From assembly GCA_044866775.1 (NCBI GenBank), contig JBIOUG010000095.1, positions 4,415-68,414 of the forward strand: a DNA stretch of 64,000 nucleotides, written 5' to 3'. Source of the stretch: Thermoanaerobaculia bacterium. GTDB taxonomy: Bacteria > Acidobacteriota > Thermoanaerobaculia > Multivoradales > UBA5704. Under the pieces are notes generated by a model. The model made no database searches and was not told the DNA's origin. It saw only the letters and a list, made by a program, of their open reading frames with translations. This document shows positions 55,017-62,559 of the stretch, piece by piece (the stretch's first letter is position 1; every line of letters starts with the position of its first letter). A program made the translations under genes and the position numbers.

Positions 55017-55321
55017 GCCCCGAACTCCAGCGCCTCGGCCACCAGGAAGTCCCGCTCGGTGACGCCGTCGACCGCCGCCGTCGAGAGGTTGACGACGACG
55101 GTGCCCGGCGTCAGGGTCATCGTCGCTTCGCCCTCGTGGTAGTCGATGACGGAGGCGAGGGCGCTCGCGAAGGAGCTGCCGACGTAAAGGCTGGGGACGC
55201 TCCAGGTGCGGCGGATGGCCCTGCCGTCGCGCCGGAGCTCCCAGGTGGGGAGCCGCTCGAGGAGCGCTTGGATGCGCTCGGCCTTGAGCTGCTCGGTGAT
55301 GGGTCTGCGGCTCTCGTTCAT
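55013..55321 (-). CDS. pterin-4a-carbinolamine dehydratase (PCD/DCoH)-fold protein, catalytic His motif not conserved
   Basis: MNESRRPITEQLKAERIQALLERLPTWELRRDGRAIRRTW.....FASALASVIDYHEGEATMTLTPGTVVVNLSTAAVDGVTERDFLVAEAL parallels the PCD pattern, but YHEGEA replaces the HHP motif. A GGAGG lies 9 nt upstream of the ATG at 55321. Confidence 0.5.
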   Translation of the reverse strand: MNESRRPITEQLKAERIQALLERLPTWELRRDGRAIRRTWSVPSLYVGSSFASALASVIDYHEGEATMTLTPGTVVVNLSTAAVDGVTERDFLVAEALEFGA

Positions 55322-55385
55322 CTCAGGTTCCTCCAGGACTTCAGGGGCGCCGGGAGGCTCCAGTGCCTCCGGCGGGACAGCGGTC

Positions 55386-55447
55386 TTGCTACTCCAACCA
55401 AGCCCCCGCCGCTTCGCGGCCCACCCTGACCGGCTTCGCCGGTCAGC
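55386..55447. repeat. 62-bp element, copy 1 (inverted relative to copy 2)
   Basis: ttgctactccaaccaagcccccgccgcttcgcggcccaccctgaccggcttcgccggtcagc. It contains two hairpins, gccgc-ttc-gcggc and ctgaccggc-ttc-gccggtcag. It is intergenic, just 3' of the 55450..56940 gene. Confidence 0.9.
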
Positions 55448-55449
55448 GG

Positions 55450-56940
55450 TCATCGCGCCGCTCCTCCGCCGCGGCGGCGCGCGCCGGCGGCGGTGAAGGG
55501 AAGGAGGTTCGACTGCGGAGGACGGCGGCGCAGCGGCTCGGTCAGCGCCGGATCGAAGAGGACGCCGAGCCCGCGCAGCGGCCCCGGGCCTCCCGGCACG
55601 CGCTGCCCGAAGCGGCGCTGGAGGCCGGCGATGCGCTCGGCCTCGGCGCTCCCGCCGCGGAGCAGCCCGCGCAGCTCGCGCAGGAGGGCGCGCAGCTCGC
55701 TCGGCAGCGTCTCGGGGGCGAAGAGCGGCTCGATCTCGTCGGCCAGGGCGGCGAGACGCCCGCGCCGCTGCTCATCGGCAAACAGGACGGCGAGGTGGAA
55801 GGCCGCCGCGGCCGCCTCGCCCCAAGCGCTCGCCCCCTTGGCGGCGGCGAGCGCCTCGCGGAGCAGGCGCTCGGTCGCCTCGCGGTCGCCCGCCTCGGCG
55901 GTGAGCCAGGCCCGCGTCAGGAGGGCCAGGGCGGGAGTCCCCGCTCCCGCGGCCGTCGCCTGCCGCTCGGCCTCGGCGAGGGCCTCCTGCGCCGCCCATG
56001 GGTGACCGACCGCGGCGTGCATGAAGGCGAGGAGGAGCCGCTCGCGGAGCGCTTCGGCCGGCGCCAGCCACGCCTCGCGCAGCGCGAGCGACCGCCCGGA
56101 GAGCGCGAGCGCCCGCTCGGTGTCTCCCTCGCGGGCGTAGATCGCCGCCTGGTCGGCGACGGCGAGGGACTCCTCCACCGTCTCGCCCCTGCGGTGGAAG
56201 AGACTCTCCGCCCGCTCGAGCAGTGCCAGCGCCTCGTGGATCCGCCGCTGGCGGTCGCGGACGCCGGCGAGGAGGCGACAGAAGACCGCCGCCTCGACGT
56301 CCTCTGGATCGGCGATGTGGCTCTCCGCGACCCGGAAGGCCAGCTCGCCCGGGTCCTGGGGCAGCCGCTCGATGAGCTCGGTGTAGCCGCACAGCATGTG
56401 GACGCGCGCCTTCAAGTCGGCGAGGAGCGCCGGCGGCAGGCCGGCTTTCTCGACGGCGCAGCTCAGGTGGAAGGCGGCCTCGGCGAGCGCGTGGCCGCGG
56501 CTCGGGAAGGGGTAGCTCTCCTCGTAGGCGCGGTCGAGGACCCGCAGCAGGATGGCGACCGCCTGCGGCGCCGGCTTCTGCCGGAGCTCGCGCTCCATCT
56601 TCCTGACCGGCAGCGCGAGGAGCCCCTCGATCGCGGCGTCGGCCTCCGCGGCCGCCATGGCGACCGCCGTCGACGACGCGCTCGGCTCCGCAGCGAGGCG
56701 CGTGAAGACGCTCTCGTAGAGCTGACCGGCGAAGCCGGTCAGGGTGGGCCGCGAAGCGGCGGGGGCTTGGTCGGAGTAGCAAACCCGCGCCGCCCCGGCC
56801 TCGGGCGCGAGCTCCGGCAGCAGCCGGCGCACGCGGCGGCGGCAGAGGCGGCAGGCGAGGAGGTGATGGAGGTGCTGGAGCTGCGGGGCGGCGAGGCCGT
56901 CGGCCAGGCGGGCGAGATCGTCGAAGGGGACGTGCGCCAC
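55450..56940 (-). CDS. hypothetical regulator-like protein: N-terminal HxxxCxxC zinc-finger (zf-HC2-like) + alpha-helical/TPR-like body
   Basis: LQHLHHLLACRLCRRRV lies near the N-terminus. The body is long, Ala/Leu/Glu-rich and helical. The gene has a GTG start and is divergent from an XRE-type HTH gene. Confidence 0.55.
   Translation of the reverse strand: MAHVPFDDLARLADGLAAPQLQHLHHLLACRLCRRRVRRLLPELAPEAGAARVCYSDQAPAASRPTLTGFAGQLYESVFTRLAAEPSASSTAVAMAAAEADAAIEGLLALPVRKMERELRQKPAPQAVAILLRVLDRAYEESYPFPSRGHALAEAAFHLSCAVEKAGLPPALLADLKARVHMLCGYTELIERLPQDPGELAFRVAESHIADPEDVEAAVFCRLLAGVRDRQRRIHEALALLERAESLFHRRGETVEESLAVADQAAIYAREGDTERALALSGRSLALREAWLAPAEALRERLLLAFMHAAVGHPWAAQEALAEAERQATAAGAGTPALALLTRAWLTAEAGDREATERLLREALAAAKGASAWGEAAAAAFHLAVLFADEQRRGRLAALADEIEPLFAPETLPSELRALLRELRGLLRGGSAEAERIAGLQRRFGQRVPGGPGPLRGLGVLFDPALTEPLRRRPPQSNLLPFTAAGARRRGGGAAR
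56721..56782. repeat. 62-bp element, copy 2 (inside the 5' part of the 55450..56940 CDS, in frame)
   Basis: Its reverse complement matches copy 1 at 61 of 62 positions. It encodes CYSDQAPAASRPTLTGFAGQ within the protein. Confidence 0.9.
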
Positions 56941-57121
56941 CGATCGTTCCTCAGCCGCGCGGGAGGCGGGCGGGCGCTGGCGCCCAAGGGGTGCAGGAGA
57001 CGCGATAGCAGGTGTGATCGCCGGTCATTGCGGTTGATCAGACCAGCAACAGGTGGAGTTGTCAAGCCCCGTCCCCGCTGACAGGTGCAATGCACCGGCT
57101 GCACCGGTATAGACTCCCTTC

Positions 57122-57538
57122 GTGGAACCCCGCCCGCCGGGACGGCTCGACACGGAGACCATGCGGGAGGCGCTCAGGCGCCGCATTCGCCGTGAGGGGC
57201 TGACCCTGCGTCAGGTCGAGGAGCGGCTGGGGCGGAAGGGCGACTACCTGCGGCAGGTGCTGGCCGGGAAGATCGACCTGCGGTGGGACCACGTGGCCGG
57301 CATCCTCGCCGCCCTCGGCGTCCACCCCGTCGAGTTCTTCGAGGAGGTCTACGGCCCGGCGCCGAGCCGCGCCGCGCCGGCCGGCTCCGCGGCCACCCCG
57401 TACGCGACGAGCAGTCAGCTCGTCCGCTGGTCGAGCCTCCGCGTCCTCATCTGGGAGTTCAAGGAGAAGGGCATCTTCACGGCCGAGGAGGCCGAACGGT
57501 TGCTGGCGAAGCTCGAGAGCGAGCCGCCGCCGGTGTAG
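57122..57538 (+). CDS. XRE-family helix-turn-helix transcriptional regulator
   Basis: LTLRQVEERLGRKGDYLRQVLAGKIDLRWDHVAGILAALGVHPVEFF. The start is uncertain: a GTG at 57122 or an internal ATG. Confidence 0.7.
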   Translation: MEPRPPGRLDTETMREALRRRIRREGLTLRQVEERLGRKGDYLRQVLAGKIDLRWDHVAGILAALGVHPVEFFEEVYGPAPSRAAPAGSAATPYATSSQLVRWSSLRVLIWEFKEKGIFTAEEAERLLAKLESEPPPV

Positions 57539-57634
57539 GCCGCGTGCGGCGGTCCTACCCGCTGGCGGTCGCATAGTGCCGCACGGCCTGTCGACCGGGG
57601 CGAGCCGCGGGAACGGCGGTTGATTACGGCGGTG

Positions 57635-58003
57635 TTAGAGCAAACTGCCGATGAGCACGGCCGCGATCACGAGAGTGCCCAGTAGACCCATGACGATGCC
57701 GAAGATTGCCCGTCCCATGCCGTGTCGCTGGGGGTGACGCTTGATGTCGATCACCGCCAGGATTCCCGTGACCAGGGCGAACGGCGCCGGCAGGATCAAG
57801 AGCGAGAAGAGGCCCAGGTAGCCGGCGGCGATTGCCCAACCTGATCGACCGACGGGCAAGATCATTCGCATCATCGGGTCCTGGCCCGCCGGTTGCGAGG
57901 CTGGCGACGGTTGGCTGCGGGGGCGAGGCTTCCCGCATTGTGGGCAGGCGAGGGCGGTGTCAGAGACCTGCGCCCCACACTCCGGACAGGCTACGAGCGC
58001 CAT
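57635..58003 (-). CDS. zinc-ribbon + DUF4190 membrane protein
   Basis: CPECGAQVSDTALACPQCG is followed by two TM helices (GWAIAAGYLGLFSLLILPAPFALVTGILAVIDI...GIVMGLLGTLVIAAVLIG). A GAGGAGGGA RBS is present. Confidence 0.75.
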   Translation of the reverse strand: MALVACPECGAQVSDTALACPQCGKPRPRSQPSPASQPAGQDPMMRMILPVGRSGWAIAAGYLGLFSLLILPAPFALVTGILAVIDIKRHPQRHGMGRAIFGIVMGLLGTLVIAAVLIGSLL

Positions 58004-58017
58004 CGTTCATTCCCTCC

Positions 58018-58425
58018 TCAGCGTCCTGCGAGCCAGGACCGGATGGCGTCCATGTACTCGAGGACGGGCATCATGTTGAGGTCCTCGCCCGTATACCCCG
58101 CGTCGAGACGCTGATCGTAGAAGCGGAAGCGAACTCCGTGAACCTGTACCACAGCAGCGACGGAGCCGGCGCGTTCTTCACGCCCACCGTTTCGACGAAC
58201 CAGTCCCGCACGGCGCGAACCATCCTCTCGGGCTCGTTGGCTCTTGATGTCGACTCCCGAGAGGTCCGACAGGGCCTTCCTGAACTCGTGCTCAGCGGGG
58301 CGTCGAGCGGGCAGTTGACGAAGACGCTGTCGTCGAAGGCGGCCGTAGGCTGGTGGCGGTCGCGCGGCGGCAAGGGGGCGGAAGCGTACCAGAGGTCCGA
58401 GCGCGCGCTCGCCAACGCCCGCAAA
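58018..58425 (-). pseudogene. heavily frameshifted unknown gene
   Basis: High-GC3 coding signal switches frame at least three times: AFDDSVFVNCPLDAP / EFRKALSDLSGVDIKS / NEPERMVRAVRDWFVETVGVKNAPAPSLLWYRFTE / RFRFYDQRLDAGYTGEDLNMMPVLEYMDAIRSWLAGR-stop. Confidence 0.3.
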
Positions 58426-58992
58426 CTACTGCTTGAGCATGATCTGCCCGCCGCGGGCGCGGGCGTCGCCGATCGGCTGGAAGTCGAACTCCAGCTCTTG
58501 GCGTCCATCCTTGGGCTCGTTGACCGTGAGCGTGACCTTGCCGAAAGCCTCGATGTCGACCAAGTAGACCTGCGCTGCGCCGCGTTGCTCGACGTCGAGC
58601 GTGAAATCGTGGGGCTTGCCGTCGATCAAAACGCTACCTCCCGCCTCGATGGTGTCGCGCTGCACCCGGACCGGCATGGTGTACCAGCGCCAGAACCAGG
58701 TGAAGACGCGCTCGACGCCCGGGTGGATCGCCGTTCCAAGCCGTTCCGTGGAGAAAGGAATGAGGGGGTGAAGCGGCTCCGGGCCGGCTGGCTCGGGAGC
58801 TTCCAGGCTTGCACCACGTGGAAGGCAGCGCGTGCCGCCGCAGGCGTTGCAGTCGAGAGAGCAGTCGTCGTACTTGGCGCCCCCGATGCAGTTGTAGCAG
58901 TCCTGGGTGTAAACGCACTTGAGGGAGCTCGCGAAGAGCGCCGGCGTGCCGGCCACCAGGAGGGAAGCTGTCAAGGCCAAGCGCCGAATCAT
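58426..58992 (-). CDS. secreted Cys-rich hypothetical protein
   Basis: A GAAGGAGG lies 7 nt upstream of the ATG at 58992. The signal peptide is MIRRLALTASLLVAGTPALFA, followed by CVYTQDCYNCIGGAKYDDCSLDCNACGGTRC. The track ORF extends further upstream. Confidence 0.6.
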   Translation of the reverse strand: MIRRLALTASLLVAGTPALFASSLKCVYTQDCYNCIGGAKYDDCSLDCNACGGTRCLPRGASLEAPEPAGPEPLHPLIPFSTERLGTAIHPGVERVFTWFWRWYTMPVRVQRDTIEAGGSVLIDGKPHDFTLDVEQRGAAQVYLVDIEAFGKVTLTVNEPKDGRQELEFDFQPIGDARARGGQIMLKQ

Positions 58993-59315
58993 CGGGCCGC
59001 CTCCTTCATCATCGGCGAAGAGACTACCACCCCGAGTGACTCCCAGCGGGGCCGGTGGGTCCGGCGCGGCGGGCGCCGGCGGCCAGGCGGTTCGGCGCCT
59101 GCGACAGCGCCGAGCCGGCCACGGACTTCGCGGTGGGCCGGCCGTTTCGGGAGCGCCGCCGCCGCGATGGCCTGTCACTTGGCGCCAACTCTCGTTGACA
59201 CCAGCGGTTAAGCTGGTGTATCTAGTCGCTAAATCCGTAACACCCCGCCGTGCCCCGGAAGCCGTCCCCTGAGTAGGCCGACGCCGGCAAGGCAGCGGCC
59301 CTGAAGGAGACGTAC

Positions 59316-61259
59316 ATGCAGATCCCGGAAGAGTTCGGCAACTACCTGCTCCTCAAGAAGCTCGCCGAGGACCCCCTGGGAGAGACCTTCCGCGCCGGCA
59401 AGGTCGGCCGCGAGGGGCTCGAGCAGGTCGTGCTGCTGCGTGTCTTCAACGGCCGCGGCCTCGAAGGCGAGCGCTTGTGGCAGACGCTCTCCGGGCGCGC
59501 CGCCGTGCAGCAGGCGCTGCGCAGCCCCAACATCGGCACCGGCGCCGACCTCGGGCGGGTGCGCAACTACAGCTACGTCGCCTACGACTACATCTCGGGC
59601 AAGACCCTGGCGGCCCTGGCCGCCCAGGCGGCCCGCGCCCACATGCCGATCCCGCCGGACCACGCTCTGCTCATCGTCGAGCGGCTGGCGCTCGCGGTGG
59701 CGGTGGCCTACGAGAGCCGGGTGCAGGACGAGCGGGTGGTGCACGGCTTCGTCGTGCCGCACCTGGTGATGGTCTCGAACGAGGGCGAGACGCGCCTGCT
59801 CGGCTTCGAGGCCGCTCCGGGGCTGCGCGACGCCGCGGCCGCCGGGGCCCTCCCGCCCGAGGTCACCCGCTACCTGGCGCCCGAAGCGCTCGGCTCGGCG
59901 GCGGTGGCCAAGAACGACGACGTCTGGTCGCTCGCCGCGATCCTCTTCGAGCTGCTGACCGGCGAGCCGCTGCCGGAGGCGCCCGAGGAGGGCTACGGGG
60001 CGGTCGTCGACCAGGCCACGCTGGCCCACGAGGGGACGCCGCTGGCGCCGCCGCTCGCCGCCCTGCTCAAGAAGAGCCTGGTGCCGCGCGCCGAGCGGGT
60101 GGCCGACGCCGTCACCTGGCACAAGACGCTCTCGAAGCTGATGATCGAAGGGCAGTACAGCCCCACCACCTTCAACCTCGCCTTCTTCATGCACAACCTC
60201 TTCCGCGACGAGATCGAGCGGGAGAACCAGGAGATCCAGGCCGAGAAGAAGCTCGACCTCACCGAGCGCGTGCGCAGCGCCCCGCCGCCCCCGCCCACCG
60301 CGCCGGCCCACGACATGCGCGACTCGACCGGGGTGCGCGAGGCGCCGGTGCGCGAGTCAACCGGCGTCTACTTCGGCGCCCAGGCGGCGGTGCAGAAGCG
60401 CTCGAAGGCGCCGCTCTTCATCGCTCTCGCCGCCGTCGTGGCGGCGGCCCTCGGCGTCGGCGGCTGGATGCTCTACGGCCGGCAGGCCGCAAAGCCCGCG
60501 CCGCAGCAGGCGGCGGCGCCGCGCCCCACCCGCCCCACGGCCACCCAGCCCGCCGCGCCGGCCATGACGCAGGCGCAGATCGACGCCCAGATCAAGGCGC
60601 TCATCGAGCAGCGGAGCCAGCAGCTCGAGGACGCCTACCGCAAGCAGACCGACGAGCAGATCCGGGCCCTCCAGAAGCAGCTCGAGGAGAGCCGCAAGGC
60701 CACTGCCGCGGCGGCGAGCCGTGACGAGGAGCGGACCGCCGCGGTCCCACCGCCGGCGAGCCAGCCGGCGGGCGCCGACGCCCGCTCCGCCACGCGCCCC
60801 GCGCCGGATGCCGCGGATCCGGCCGCGACGCAGGCCGCCACGCAGCCGGGCCAGACCGCGCCCGTCCCGACACAGGCCGTCGAGCGCCAGGACACCGCGA
60901 CCGCGGCCGCCGTTCCCGCCGCCGCGGTGCCGGATCCCGCCCCGGCCGCGCCCCAGACCAAGGTCGGCGACCTGGTCTCCGCCGGCCCCGGGGTGACCGC
61001 GCCGCAGCGCGCGAGCGAGCTGCGCGCCATGTATCCGCGCGCCGCCGAGCAGCTCCGCCGGTCGGCCAGCGTCGACGTCCGGGTGCTGGTGGACGAGAAC
61101 GGCAAGGTGCTCCAGGCCGAGCGGGTCGGGCAGAAGGTCGGCTTCGGCTTCGACGAGGCGGCGCTCGACGCCGCCCGCCGTGTCAACTTTCGGCCAGCCA
61201 CCAAGGACGGCGTGCGGGTGAAAATGTGGACCACCCTGCGCGTGATGTTCAAGCCGTAG
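59316..61259 (+). CDS. protein-kinase-like (apparently catalytically dead) domain - TM - Pro/Ala-rich linker - TonB C-terminal domain
   Basis: Has a kinase-fold N-terminus (YLAPEALG...[17 protein letters not shown]), but [10 protein letters not shown] sits where HRDxKxxN is expected. A TM helix ([20 protein letters not shown]) follows. The C-terminus [19 protein letters not shown]...[27 protein letters not shown] is TonB_C-like. Confidence 0.75.
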   Translation: MQIPEEFGNYLLLKKLAEDPLGETFRAGKVGREGLEQVVLLRVFNGRGLEGERLWQTLSGRAAVQQALRSPNIGTGADLGRVRNYSYVAYDYISGKTLAALAAQAARAHMPIPPDHALLIVERLALAVAVAYESRVQDERVVHGFVVPHLVMVSNEGETRLLGFEAAPGLRDAAAAGALPPEVTRYLAPEALGSAAVAKNDDVWSLAAILFELLTGEPLPEAPEEGYGAVVDQATLAHEGTPLAPPLAALLKKSLVPRAERVADAVTWHKTLSKLMIEGQYSPTTFNLAFFMHNLFRDEIERENQEIQAEKKLDLTERVRSAPPPPPTAPAHDMRDSTGVREAPVRESTGVYFGAQAAVQKRSKAPLFIALAAVVAAALGVGGWMLYGRQAAKPAPQQAAAPRPTRPTATQPAAPAMTQAQIDAQIKALIEQRSQQLEDAYRKQTDEQIRALQKQLEESRKATAAAASRDEERTAAVPPPASQPAGADARSATRPAPDAADPAATQAATQPGQTAPVPTQAVERQDTATAAAVPAAAVPDPAPAAPQTKVGDLVSAGPGVTAPQRASELRAMYPRAAEQLRRSASVDVRVLVDENGKVLQAERVGQKVGFGFDEAALDAARRVNFRPATKDGVRVKMWTTLRVMFKP

Positions 61260-61296
61260 CGCGGCGCGGACGCTCCGTGCCGAAGGAGGCGAGCTG

Positions 61297-62472
61297 GTGC
61301 GCGAAGCCCTGATCCTCGCGGCGCTGTCGGCGGCCGTCGCCGGCCTGATCACCAACCTGCTGGTGCCGCTGGTCGCCAAGGTCGCGGTGGCGATCCGCGC
61401 CGTCGACTACCCCGGCGAGCGCAAGCTCCAGCGCTGGGCGGTGCCGCGGCTCGGGGGCCTCGCCATCGTCCTCGGGCTGGGGCTCTCGGCGGGGAGCCTG
61501 CTGCTCTCGCGCTGGGCCGAGTGGGGAGGGCAGATCGGCCGCTCGGAGATCCTCGCCCTGGCCGTCGCCACCGCGATGGTCTTCCTGGTCGGCCTGGTCG
61601 ACGACGTCCTCGGCGTCTCCTCGGCCAAGAAGTTCCTGGTGCAGCTCGCCGCCGCCGGGTTGATGGTGCGGGTCGGCTGGTCGTTCGAGGTGCTGCGGGT
61701 GCCGGGGCTCGGGGACGTGGACCTCGGCGTCATGGGCGCCGTCGTCTCGCTCCTCTGGATCGTCGGCGTCACCAACGCCATCAACCTGATCGACGGCCTC
61801 GACGGCCTGGCGGGCGGCGTCGTCGCCATCATCTCGGGAAGCCTCCTCATCTACTCGGTCATCCTCGGCAACCCGCACACGGTGATCCTGATGGGCGCGA
61901 TGGCCGGCGCCTGCCTCGGGTTCCTGCGCTACAACCGGGCGCCGGCGCGCATCTTCATGGGGGACTCGGGCTCGCTCACCCTCGGGTTCCTGCTCGCGGT
62001 GATGAGCGTCCACTCGGCGCTCAAGGCGCCGGCGGCAGTGGCGATCCTGGTGCCCATCCTGGCGCTCGGCGTGCCGGTCATCGACACGCTGCTGGTGATG
62101 GCGGTGCGGTTCCTGGACCGCCCGAAGAGCCCGCCCGCGGAGCGCTTCCTGCGCATGTTCCGCGCCGACCGCTACCACCTCCACCACCTGCTCGAGCACC
62201 TGCGCCGCAGCCGCACGGGGGTGGTGGCGACGATCTACTCGGTGGTCGTGGTCTCCTGCCTCGCGGCGCTGCTGGTGGCGGTGCGCCGCGACGCGCTGCT
62301 CGGCCTGGTGCTGCTCGGCGTCGAGTTCATCGTGCTCCTCGGCATCCGCCGCCTGGGGATGGCGCGGTCCGCCGCCGCCATCGTCCGCCGGCAGCGCGAG
62401 GACGTCGCCCGCGAGCTGGCGGCGGAGGCGCCGGACGAGGTGCCGGCCGTCGTCCTGCCGTTCGGGCGCTAG
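61297..62472 (+). CDS. MraY/WecA-family polyprenyl-phosphate N-acetylhexosamine-1-phosphate transferase (glycosyltransferase family 4)
   Basis: [24 protein letters not shown] and [21 protein letters not shown] lies 7 nt upstream of the GTG at 61297. Confidence 0.85.
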   Translation: MREALILAALSAAVAGLITNLLVPLVAKVAVAIRAVDYPGERKLQRWAVPRLGGLAIVLGLGLSAGSLLLSRWAEWGGQIGRSEILALAVATAMVFLVGLVDDVLGVSSAKKFLVQLAAAGLMVRVGWSFEVLRVPGLGDVDLGVMGAVVSLLWIVGVTNAINLIDGLDGLAGGVVAIISGSLLIYSVILGNPHTVILMGAMAGACLGFLRYNRAPARIFMGDSGSLTLGFLLAVMSVHSALKAPAAVAILVPILALGVPVIDTLLVMAVRFLDRPKSPPAERFLRMFRADRYHLHHLLEHLRRSRTGVVATIYSVVVVSCLAALLVAVRRDALLGLVLLGVEFIVLLGIRRLGMARSAAAIVRRQREDVARELAAEAPDEVPAVVLPFGR

Positions 62473-62559
62473 AAAACCGTCCGCCGTTCCCCACGGGCTC
62501 TTGCAGGCGCGTCGCCGCGGTCCCGGCATCCTTTAGGATTACGGCCGGAGAGTCGCCGT

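Noticed and set aside
54673-55062. Plus-strand ORF 54673..55062 and minus-strand ORF 54677..54940 across the 21-bp array as separate genes
   Set aside because: They are open only because of the repeat unit, and they have no SD or start context. The one ORF with gene-like boundaries (54660..55016) is kept as a low-confidence feature. The others are treated as frame artefacts, although the GDxSPxP reading is discussed in the findings.
41978-58430. Integrase, transposase, tRNA target or flanking direct repeats that would define the island as an integrative element
   Set aside because: I scanned the intergenic regions and all ORF translations. I saw no tyrosine or serine recombinase, DDE transposase, tRNA-like cloverleaf or obvious boundary repeat. 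The island is therefore described only as a mosaic accessory region, and its right boundary is uncertain.
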